From IMG/VR virus record IMGVR_UViG_3300036769_000405: a DNA stretch of 60,686 nt, one strand, 5' to 3'. Both the position numbers and the translations under genes were made by a program. Below the pieces are notes generated by a model. The model was not told the origin of the DNA and did not search any database. It was given only the letters and a program-made list of their open reading frames with translations. The DNA comes from an uncultured virus (IMG/VR IMGVR_UViG_3300036769_000405). Its lineage: Duplodnaviria > Heunggongvirae > Uroviricota > Caudoviricetes. Positions 1 to 10,000 of the stretch are shown one piece after another. Numbering within the stretch: position 1 is the first letter of the stretch; each line of letters begins with the position of its first letter.

Positions 1-231
1 TCTGGTAATTATGTTGTTGAATTATCACTTGAAGATGACACATTTTCTTGTGCTGATTTTATTTATGACTCTTCGAAGATTTCAACGCTTCACAATACAA
101 ACTTCAGTCCTACTACTACTACCAGCAATACACAGGCTTATGTGAAACAGTCTGCTAAATGGTATGCTAAGTTGGTATATTCTGAAACGACCAACGATGT
201 AGCAGGTATCCTGTTCATGCAGATGAACTAA
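1..231 (+). CDS. Partial (5'-truncated) pilin-like protein, paralogue of 358..1017
   Basis: Frame 1 is open from base 1 to TAA at 229-231 and ends AKWYAKLVYSETTNDVAGILFMQMN. This resembles SAFKSTLVYAEDGTTDVVGIILVR near the end of the next ORF. Confidence 0.7.
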   Translation, partial: SGNYVVELSLEDDTFSCADFIYDSSKISTLHNTNFSPTTTTSNTQAYVKQSAKWYAKLVYSETTNDVAGILFMQMN

Positions 232-357
232 CATGTTCTAAGTTTTCTACAGAGAACGAAGTATCCCTGATACTTCTAGTACCTGTATAGTATCGACGTT
301 ACATTAAGTCATGCTTAATTAAATAAGATACTATCCAATATGAAAGGAGAGAACTTT

Positions 358-1017
358 ATGGATGAGGCAAAACTTTTAACGCACATGTCAGTTTCTGCAA
401 TTTTATCTGCAATGGTGTTAGCAGCTGCCATAGGTCTGATCGGAGTTGGTTATACTATTTGGGCCTACTTCTCTCGACAAGATGCAGCTAATCAACGGAT
501 GGCAACTTATGCCAATTATACTGCTTTTGATAATACGACTGTTCGAGGTCAGGAAGTCATTAGTCTTCTTGAAAGTGATCTTGACCTCTTTGTAATTATA
601 TATGACGGAACAAGTTCCGATAAAACAATTGATAATATGAAAGTAAGTAGCAATCCACGTGCTATCTATTATTCTGATGTATCAGGTGTTAATAATTTTA
701 ACTTTGGTTCTATACAATCAACAAGTAATGCAAACACTACATGTGCTAATGCATTGACAAGATTAAAAAGTCTCGGTAATAAAACACCTAGTACATTATC
801 AGTTACTTACAATCTTAATAACGTAAGTCATTCAGACCTTATAGCTTATTTTACAGATGCAAGACTTGGTAAAATAGCTAAAGATAACAAGGGTAATCTA
901 ATCAATACAGGTACATACTCAGCTTTTAAATCTACACTTGTTTATGCAGAAGATGGTACTACTGATGTTGTAGGTATTATTCTTGTTAGAGCAAGTGCTG
1001 ATGTTACATCATATTAG
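358..1017 (+). CDS. Pilin/pseudopilin-like membrane-anchored protein
   Basis: RBS GAAAGGAG precedes ATG 358. One N-terminal hydrophobic helix, then YTAFDNTTVRGQEVISLL, a motif I recall from Firmicutes Tad-type pilus clusters. Confidence 0.55.
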   Translation: MDEAKLLTHMSVSAILSAMVLAAAIGLIGVGYTIWAYFSRQDAANQRMATYANYTAFDNTTVRGQEVISLLESDLDLFVIIYDGTSSDKTIDNMKVSSNPRAIYYSDVSGVNNFNFGSIQSTSNANTTCANALTRLKSLGNKTPSTLSVTYNLNNVSHSDLIAYFTDARLGKIAKDNKGNLINTGTYSAFKSTLVYAEDGTTDVVGIILVRASADVTSY

Positions 1018-1029
1018 GGAGGTGATACT

Positions 1030-1572
1030 TTGAATGTAAATGAGGGTATCACACTCACAAAGATGGCAATTGGAGTTTCATTAACTGTACTTTTACTTGG
1101 AGCTGTCCTTGGTGTATGGTATTTAATGTCTTCGCATGAGAGTAAACTTCAAGCTTCTATGGAGACAGCATCATTATCAGCTGCTACAGAGAGATTATAT
1201 GAGTTTCAAGATATGTCTCAGACCGCTGATGTTACTGGTGTTTATGAAGATCATCCATTGGTTACAAATGTATGTAATGCTTTAAGTGAATATAATGAAG
1301 ATAGTTTATTATTCATTTATGTAACAGTAAAAGATGGCAATTCTTATACTGATACACATTATTATACTTACAATGGTGTCTCTTTAAACTCTACAAGTTT
1401 ATCCTCGTTTCCTGGACATTCTTCAGCTACACAACTTTATAGTGGAACAGAAATACCTGTAACATATGCAGTTAAACAACTACTAACTTATTCACAATAC
1501 AGATGTCATGTCGAGTTAGGTAATTATAATAGTACCTATACTTACATTGTCGTAGAAGTATTGTTAAATTAA
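1030..1572 (+). CDS. Pilin-like membrane-anchored protein
   Basis: GGAGGTGA RBS and TTG start; one N-terminal TM helix (MAIGVSLTVLLLGAVLGVWYL); similar size and architecture to its neighbours. Confidence 0.5.
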   Translation: MNVNEGITLTKMAIGVSLTVLLLGAVLGVWYLMSSHESKLQASMETASLSAATERLYEFQDMSQTADVTGVYEDHPLVTNVCNALSEYNEDSLLFIYVTVKDGNSYTDTHYYTYNGVSLNSTSLSSFPGHSSATQLYSGTEIPVTYAVKQLLTYSQYRCHVELGNYNSTYTYIVVEVLLN

Positions 1573-1584
1573 GGAGGTGATTGT

Positions 1585-2238
1585 ATGGGATTAAGTGATT
1601 TAAATTCAGATGAATTCGAGTCTATGTTTGAGTTGATAATCATTATTATATTTATGTCCTTTGGAATATGGGCAACGACTTTAATGGTTAAAGACATGGC
1701 TGCTCATGTAGAGTTAAGTAATCATCCTGACAAGATTGCAATAACTTCTACAATACATTATGCAGAAGATCCATTTTGGTATACGGGTTACCAAGCTTAT
1801 ATGTTCTCTTGGCATATGGACGAACTTTCAGATGAATCATTATCCTATGTTGGGGGCTCTATGAGTACTGGAATGGCTTCAGCTAGATTAGATGGGACAG
1901 ATAACAATCATGTAACCTTATCTACATTGACTACAGACTCTTCAGGGAATACTACACGAATAACACAATTCCTTACTTGGAGAAATCAGATGATAACTGG
2001 TACAGGTAATGGTTCTACAAAAAGTGTTAAAAAGACTTTAGCTTCTTTAGTTAGTGCAAATCAACTTAGCAAACTATACAGAGGTACTTATTTAAACTCT
2101 GATGGAAAAGCGTTAAAGTTTCATTTGGAACTAACAGATTCTTATTCTAATAATAAGGATTTAGGAAGCTCACCAACTACTGGAGGTAAAACATTCAAAT
2201 GGGTTCTAGCACCATATTACCGCTCGACGAGCGAATAA
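1585..2238 (+). CDS. Pilin-like membrane-anchored protein
   Basis: AGGAGGTGA RBS; N-terminal TM helix (FELIIIIIFMSFGIW) followed by a Ser/Thr-rich domain. Confidence 0.5.
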   Translation: MGLSDLNSDEFESMFELIIIIIFMSFGIWATTLMVKDMAAHVELSNHPDKIAITSTIHYAEDPFWYTGYQAYMFSWHMDELSDESLSYVGGSMSTGMASARLDGTDNNHVTLSTLTTDSSGNTTRITQFLTWRNQMITGTGNGSTKSVKKTLASLVSANQLSKLYRGTYLNSDGKALKFHLELTDSYSNNKDLGSSPTTGGKTFKWVLAPYYRSTSE

Positions 2239-2537
2239 ATGGAGTCATTCATGACTCACCAGATATACTATACAGATTAACAAAACTTGAGACACCTGAG
2301 GATCAACCAATTGAGATTGTGTCTGAATTACCTGCTGCTGTAGATCCTGATATAATTATTGGATATGTGCAGCGCTGGGTTGAGATACAACATTATTTCA
2401 ATAAGGATGTACGTATTTATGCGTGGTCTTATAGTACAGAATCAGAAAAATATGTTATGGGTTGTGTACAGAATATGTCTCACGTTTTTGTAACAGTATT
2501 ACCTATGTATTTAAAGGAGAACAAACAATATGCGTGA
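2199..2537 (+). CDS. Hypothetical protein
   Basis: 112-aa ORF with a GGAGG RBS upstream; fills the gap in the operon. Confidence 0.6.
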   Translation: MGSSTILPLDERINGVIHDSPDILYRLTKLETPEDQPIEIVSELPAAVDPDIIIGYVQRWVEIQHYFNKDVRIYAWSYSTESEKYVMGCVQNMSHVFVTVLPMYLKENKQYA

Positions 2538-2982
2538 TATACCTGGTACAATAATAGGTCTTGTTCTTGCATTTGTTCTTTGTGTTATCATGCCATTTGT
2601 TAATGTAACAGTTCAGGATGAGATGTTAGATCGGAGATACATTGTAAATGATGTAACTAATTTCTTGGATGAAGTTATAGATAGCAGAGAAGTAACGGAC
2701 GCTATGCTTGATGAATTAAACGTTAATCTGGCGTCCTATGGTATGACTGTAGATTATGAGATTAAGCATTATAAAAGAAGTGTTAACGTGGATCCTTTAT
2801 CAAGTGATGATTATTATGTCACCTACATTGAAACTGATGATATCAGGAATTATGAAAAAGGTGATAAAATAAGTGTTCATGTTTACACTGTTGGTTACAG
2901 TGCTACACAGTCAGTTGCTCATAAGCTTACACAAATGTTCGTTAAAGAACTCGACACCACAATAACAGCACGTGTACGATAG
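2530..2982 (+). CDS. TadE/pseudopilin-like membrane protein
   Basis: N-terminal TM (IIGLVLAFVLCVIMPF) then VTNFLDEVIDSREVT...LASYG, reminiscent of conserved proteins in clostridial Tad-type clusters. Confidence 0.5.
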   Translation: MRDIPGTIIGLVLAFVLCVIMPFVNVTVQDEMLDRRYIVNDVTNFLDEVIDSREVTDAMLDELNVNLASYGMTVDYEIKHYKRSVNVDPLSSDDYYVTYIETDDIRNYEKGDKISVHVYTVGYSATQSVAHKLTQMFVKELDTTITARVR

Positions 2983-2993
2983 GAGGAAGAATC

Positions 2994-4079
2994 ATGTCAA
3001 GACATGTACATATTCTTTTATGGAGTCCTCTTATGTTTGCCGTGCTGTTTTTTGTGTTTTGGATACGCATTTATCAGAACGAATTAGTAGCATTTGAGGA
3101 ATATGTTCTTGATATACAGTCTAACTATGCATCTGATTCAGCGATTGATGAATTACTGGTTGCTAGTGATTTGAATCAAGATTATGCTAATGGTGATTTC
3201 GTAACACTTGAACCATCATTAGCTGAAGAAGATTTTGCACATACATTATGCTTAGACTTTGGTTATATTCCGACAGATTCCACATTGGAACTTGTCAAGA
3301 ATAATAATATCAGAGCCTTACTTGTTTGCACATATGATGGCATTTATGCTTATTATATGATGCAGACTGAAACACATTCTTATGAATTAAAACAGACGCC
3401 AAAGATTCCATACTTCTATACAGATCCTGATACTAATACACAGTACTGTTTAACTCTGGATGAAAATAAAGGATATTGGGATTACTATGATGCCTCAGGT
3501 AATTATAAACTTCATAAGTATGATTATTATGATAACAAACCAACAAAAGATCTTCAATTAACTGCAATTAATGAGCAAGTAGCAGATGTATTAAACTGGG
3601 TACTCTATGAATCTTATTCAGGTGGTGATTCTGATTTAACAGTAAGTATACCTGCACTTTCTGAAACTGTTCGTGGTGAACAACCAGTTAATGCTCCTAC
3701 TGTATTAGCTGTCATTGATGGAAATATAAAAGTATTCTCTACAACAATAACTGCTGAAAGTATTGGTGGTTCACAGCTTGAAGAAACTAATCAAGTCATT
3801 GGATACACATTGAAAAATGCGCCAATATATAAACCATATACAGATTCTAACGGAGTTGTTTACTATGGAGATGAAGCACTTGCCAAATGGAAAGCATCTG
3901 GAGAAAATTCATCTGAGTACATTGAAACAACATTAAGCGGAACATTTTATGCTTATTCTTCGTGGTGGCAATCACACTCCTATATGAAATCTGGTGGTTA
4001 TATCAGTAAAGGGCAATATTTCGATTCAGTTTTTGAAGCAGCTAAGAATGGTTATAACGATTTAAATACATGTAATTGA
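2994..4079 (+). CDS. Membrane-anchored pilus-cluster protein
   Basis: AGGAGG RBS; N-terminal TM helix and large extracellular domain; lies in the pilin-like operon. Confidence 0.5.
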   Translation: MSRHVHILLWSPLMFAVLFFVFWIRIYQNELVAFEEYVLDIQSNYASDSAIDELLVASDLNQDYANGDFVTLEPSLAEEDFAHTLCLDFGYIPTDSTLELVKNNNIRALLVCTYDGIYAYYMMQTETHSYELKQTPKIPYFYTDPDTNTQYCLTLDENKGYWDYYDASGNYKLHKYDYYDNKPTKDLQLTAINEQVADVLNWVLYESYSGGDSDLTVSIPALSETVRGEQPVNAPTVLAVIDGNIKVFSTTITAESIGGSQLEETNQVIGYTLKNAPIYKPYTDSNGVVYYGDEALAKWKASGENSSEYIETTLSGTFYAYSSWWQSHSYMKSGGYISKGQYFDSVFEAAKNGYNDLNTCN

Positions 4080-4090
4080 GGTGATAAAAC

Positions 4091-7000
4091 ATGAATACAT
4101 TTAAACGCAAATTAGCTAAACTTTTAGCTTTTGCAATGATCATAGGTTGTATTGATTTATCATGGCTTGATCTTTCAGAACCTTTAACTGTAATAGCTGC
4201 AACTGCAACTGATATTACGGACTCATACAAAGCCTATGCAGATATACAGAAAGTAACTGATACAACTACAAGCAATCTTAAAAGCTTGTTACATTATGAC
4301 ACTGAAGTAAGTACTAAAGATACAACTTCAAGTCCTAGCTCAATATCCGCTACAACTTTCACATGGAATTCTAAAGATGTAACTGATGGTATATACACAT
4401 TTAATCAAAGAAAGATTGAAGCAACAGCTCAAGTAAAATCTGGTAATTGGCTAAATGATACAGTTTATGAAGCGACAACGGGAACACCTACAACAGAATC
4501 TTTATTTGTTACAGCTGGTGGTACACAATGGATTGTAGATTTGCAGTATCGCTATATAAGTGCTCCATATGTAAGAACTTATACTTTTGATGCTGTATCT
4601 ACACCTAATTATCGATACTATTCTTTAGGTGATGTTGATACTTCAGTAGACTTATTTACAAATGGAACACTTTCAAAAGTAACTTATACAGCACAAGCTA
4701 AAGTTCCATATGACATAAGCCCATCTGTATATACAGGTTACAGTAAGATAGTTGGTAGTGGTAAGGTATATAATTATGCCTACAAATATTTTGAGAAAAA
4801 TACTCAAGAATCTCTAGATAATCCAGAAGAGGATCCTGATTATAAAACAGTAGATGTAAGTGGAATTAATGGCGCTAAAGGTGGTACTATAACGTTTTAT
4901 ACAGCAGATGGTTGGGATGAAAATAACTGGACAAATAAAGTAGCGCCTGTCAGTAAAATAATCTCTAGTAATGATTACTCTACAGGTAGCACTGATTATG
5001 TGACTCCCGATGTAGCTCAAGCAATTCTTGTGAAGCAACACGCTTTTGATGCTATTCTTGAAATTATGGATATGTGGGAAGAGCAGTGTGATAATTATCG
5101 TGCTGATCAAGGTGTTTACGATACAGATCCTGATGCTTCTGATACTGATGAACTTGATTCTGATAACGATGATTCAAGACCTGACGAATTATCTTTCATG
5201 TATACATACTCAGGATTAGCCCGACATACCACCATTTACGAATCTGCACCAGGTGTTTATACACCTGCTACACATGGTGATACTACTGTAAGTAGCGATT
5301 TTTGGAATCCTGTTTTCGTATCTTATTTGTATGATTGGAATTCATATTATGAACACAACGATATGGATAAGACTTACGGATCAACGCATGCTCAACTTGG
5401 TTATGTTAAAGATGTTGGTGCTTGGGACAAATCGGTTTTTTATAATAATGTAACAGAGCAAGTAAATGAAAGTGTAGCTCGTGGTACAGAAGTTAATGCT
5501 ACTCAAATAACTGGAATATTTGCATTAGACCCTAGAGACTCGGCAATAAGTTTAAACTATTCTGGAGCCTATGATACTTGGGATGACACCACGTTAGGTA
5601 ACTTTAAATTTGCTAGTATTATAGCACAAAGTGCTGGATCAAATGTATGTATAGCATTATCTGATTATAGTAAAGTTTATGCTATTAGTGATGGCTTAAC
5701 TAATAACGGCTACTCTAAAATGGAAATAAGTGACGATGCATCTTTAGTAGGTAACTTAACTAACATTAATTATAATTTTCATGACTACGGGTTTGTTGAA
5801 GAAGCTTATTTGTACTATCGTTCTATTTATTCTATAATGTTAAATTATGGAAGCCTATTTTATTATGATGAGGCTAAAGCATTATTTGCTGGTGCTCCTG
5901 GATTTCCAATCTTATCTTCTGCAAGTGATATTAATGCTTATAATGCAGCTGTTAATAAAAACTTAGCAGCTTTATTTGGTCACGGTAATGAAAATCAGAT
6001 ATTATGTAGAGTTTCTATTCCATTTGCTATATTTCCGATTGGTGGTGATTTAGATGGAGAGATGGAAGACAGTACATCTGGACAGTCCTCTAATATGTCT
6101 GTCACAGTAACTGATTTCATAGTACCTGCTAGTGTTGAGCCATCTTATATGTATCTAGTTACTATGTATGTTACAATTGGCGGTTATAAAAATAATATGA
6201 CAGAGGATTCACCAGGAACCAAAACATATGCTACAACACGACATGCTGATGGTACTACAAAGAACTCTGCTGGCACTAGTTCTTACGATGAATGCGTAGC
6301 TTCTTATAATGAATCGGGTGCGCTTCCGACAGATTACACTGACTGTATTTCTTATGCAGCTAAGAAATGTTCTGTATGTAATGGTACTGGTAGTCATTCT
6401 ACTGGATTAACAACAGACTGGACTGGAGTTCCTGGGGCATGGACTGATTCTTGTGGGAGTACATCAACAGCACAGATACCACCTACAACAAGTCACACTT
6501 GTGTAAATTGTACTGGAACAGGAGAAGAACCTAATTCAAATCACGACCCAACAACTCATACTCATTATATACAGGGTAAGAATGCTGTTGAGACTAGTGG
6601 TGTAAGTGATAATAATCATGAAGATAGAATTTACAAAGAAACTTGTGAAATAACGTCTACACACGGTGTTGTCAAATCAACAAATATGTGGACTGAATCT
6701 CCAAGAACGATGTCTGCCTCTACATCATTTAAACAGTTGTTTGAAAATGTGCAATGGCTTGATATTACAGGATACAAGTTGTGGCAAATTAACAATATGA
6801 CTGTTAAAGGATTAGGTAATATTTTATACTTCCCAGTATCAGCCTCTAACTACAACGCCAAATCCACGTCAGCTTCAGCTATTGTTTCACAAGCTGTTAC
6901 TCAAATGGGTTATGAGTGTTATAATATTAATGATAATGATATACTCAATATTATTGATACAAATACTCATTACTCAGGAAATAGTACAACCTTTACAACC

Positions 7001-10000
7001 TGCAGTACTGTATCTGGATTACAAACTCATGGGCGTGTAGCTAACTCATTCTATACTGGATCGAGTGGTAATTTAACCACAAAGTATAAACAGAAATTAA
7101 GAATAAATACATCAGCAATACGACCTAAAATTAATAGTACTATCTATTATTATAGAACTTCAGATGTGCCTTATTTAAGCCTAGGATCCTATGTAAATAG
7201 TAGTTATAGCGCTTTTAAATTATCTTCAATAGATGATAATGATAATGTGCATTTTAAGTATTATGCTACTCGACAAGGTGGTCGTAGCCATACAACATTC
7301 TATGGATTTGTTAATCAGGCATTAGCATTAACTCTATATTATGCTTCACCTAAATACGAGTCTGTAACTAGTTACTCATCTTCTTACAATAAAATAGGTT
7401 ATGGTAATAGTTTACTTATACAAGGTGATTATTTAACTATAGATACTGTTGATGATAATTATATCACATTAGCCGGTGATTATTACAACACTTGGTTAGA
7501 GAATGCCGGTGCTGTACAAACTTCAAGTAATGCAACAAGCGGCAAGTACGCTTTAATGCCTGATGGTTTTAATAGATTATCTATATATGCTTCTACCTGT
7601 AGATGGATACCTGCTCGCTTATCAGTTATATTAGCCAGAAGTCCTAAACAAAGTGTTTATGGTACAGATGTTATAAGTAATGATACTGATTGTTTCATTA
7701 TACATACCTATTGTCGTGGCATAAACACAAATACACATACAGTTTGGGATTCATTAGGTGGAACAGGGGCACCCGGTGCCACAACTGGATCATCATCTTG
7801 TAATGGTTCTAACTGTTATATGTATTATAATGTAGGATTAGAAACTGATAAAGGTTCAGTAAATCCTAACAGAAACACAAAGACAGTTGTATTAACATTA
7901 AGTTCTAATTATACTGAAAGTCCTTATCACTATCATACAACAACATCATTGACTTATGATAATACTCAAGTAATTGATTTAGCTGAATTGTTGTATGAGA
8001 ATAAAGGATATTATGAACAATTCAAAAATGATGAGGGAGAAAAGTGTACAGTATCTTCTGATGGTGTTATTCACATTAAGATGAATAAGAAGCGTCTTAG
8101 TGAGGGAATGAATACAGCAAACACGGCAACTGTTGCTAACACTAATATTGCAGATAATATGCCTTATATTGGATATCAATCACAAGGTATTGATGATAAG
8201 GATATTAGTAAGACAGGTACTGAAACCAATAAGCAAAAAGGCTATACAGAAGGGTTTACTACCAATTTTGATAGAACAAAAGCTTTTGGAAATTACACAG
8301 CAAATTCAGGAAATATCAACTTTACAACTTTTAATCCTCTTTATGCAACTCCTAGTTCAAATATCCTAAGGTGCGGTGTAAAAGAAACCACAGATACGGC
8401 TTATCCTACAACTTACGACAATTGGATAAAACGTTATCCTTATCTGATTAATCTGAATATAAAACGTTATCAAGCTAATAATCTTTATACAACAGGTTAT
8501 ACAGATGTTAATTACAGTAAAGTTGGAGAATTAGCTAAAGAGATTTCATATGGACCGGCATTAAGGACTGGTACAGGAACAGGATCTAATGAGAAGATAG
8601 TGTTAAATGCACACTTCTTGAAAACTGGATCTTACGATAAATCACCTACGAATGAGATTGTTATTTACAATCCTGTTGCAACAGAGTCTGCTCGAATCGT
8701 TCCTCTAAGCACTTACCTACCTGATGGCGGTAATACTGGAACAAACTCTAGTAATCAACGTGATTACAATACAGCTTACTTAGCTAGCTTCTTAAATTAC
8801 ACTAGACGTGATACGCGACTAGAATATAAGTATGTTATGGATACTACATCTACAGGTAATACAGAACAATACTTGACTGGTACAGGTATCATGAATCAGT
8901 CTAGTAAGTCTACGAGTCAGATTATATACACTATGAAAGAGGCTTCTAGTACAAACACAACAGCTTATACAATGTCTGATTATACTGTATCAGTATCGTC
9001 TAACAACACCTGGTCACACGATAATAATAGTGATTGGAATGATGTATATGTTGTTGAGAAGTCAGGACTGTACGATATGTGCAAGGTTTTTACAGATGAT
9101 AATTTTGCATCAGTATCTATTTATTTAAATACTGGTGATATAATTAAATTCTCTAAATCAGCACACGCAGTTTTATATAAGCCAACTAATGATTATTTAT
9201 TAACTTGGTCAGCCTTCACGGAAGCATATAAAACTTTACAGAAGACAACTACAGATACAAGAATCTCTAGTTGGACAGAAGATCAGATCTCTACAGGATT
9301 ACCTCTTTACAAAGGTATGTCTATGATTATTGGTGCAGATAACTGGCAATTGAAATCTGGCACAATGTATAAGTTATCTTTAACAGTTTCTAACACTTAT
9401 GAAGCTGGGTACAAAGGCATTGCTGATGCACTAAGTATTGGTAATATCAACGACATTACTGTTTATTCTGAAACCTCTATAACAGATAAAAAAGCTAATA
9501 CTACCACATATAACTGGTATCTTGAAGCTAACAGTGATGTTGTATTAACAGGTATTCCAATTACTGTAAATAAAGATTGTTTCTTGTGGTCAGGCATTAC
9601 TTTCGAAACACAGGAAGTTGTGTTGTTTAACCTTTCTGAGAATGGTACTACTTGGAGTGGAGATGTTTCATCTTATGATTTCTTCTATAATAAATCTGTA
9701 AGTTATTCAGATTTACAATCTAAGAGTCAGACATTCTACAATACTAAGTTAGTAGATGTTCGTGGTTCAAAGGTGGTAGCAGGTTCTGTATTGACTGCCC
9801 AGGGATTCTACTTGGGACTTAGAGACCAAACAGTTTCGATTAGTTTAAAATCATCTGCTCTGAATAATCCACACAAAGTTCCAAACACATATTGGAAATA
9901 TTATGTACTTGGTTGGGAAACAACTGAGGGACAGATTATTAAGAGCATAAATGATGATGTCTTGAATGATCCTGAATGCAGGTTGAAAGTTCCAAGTGAT

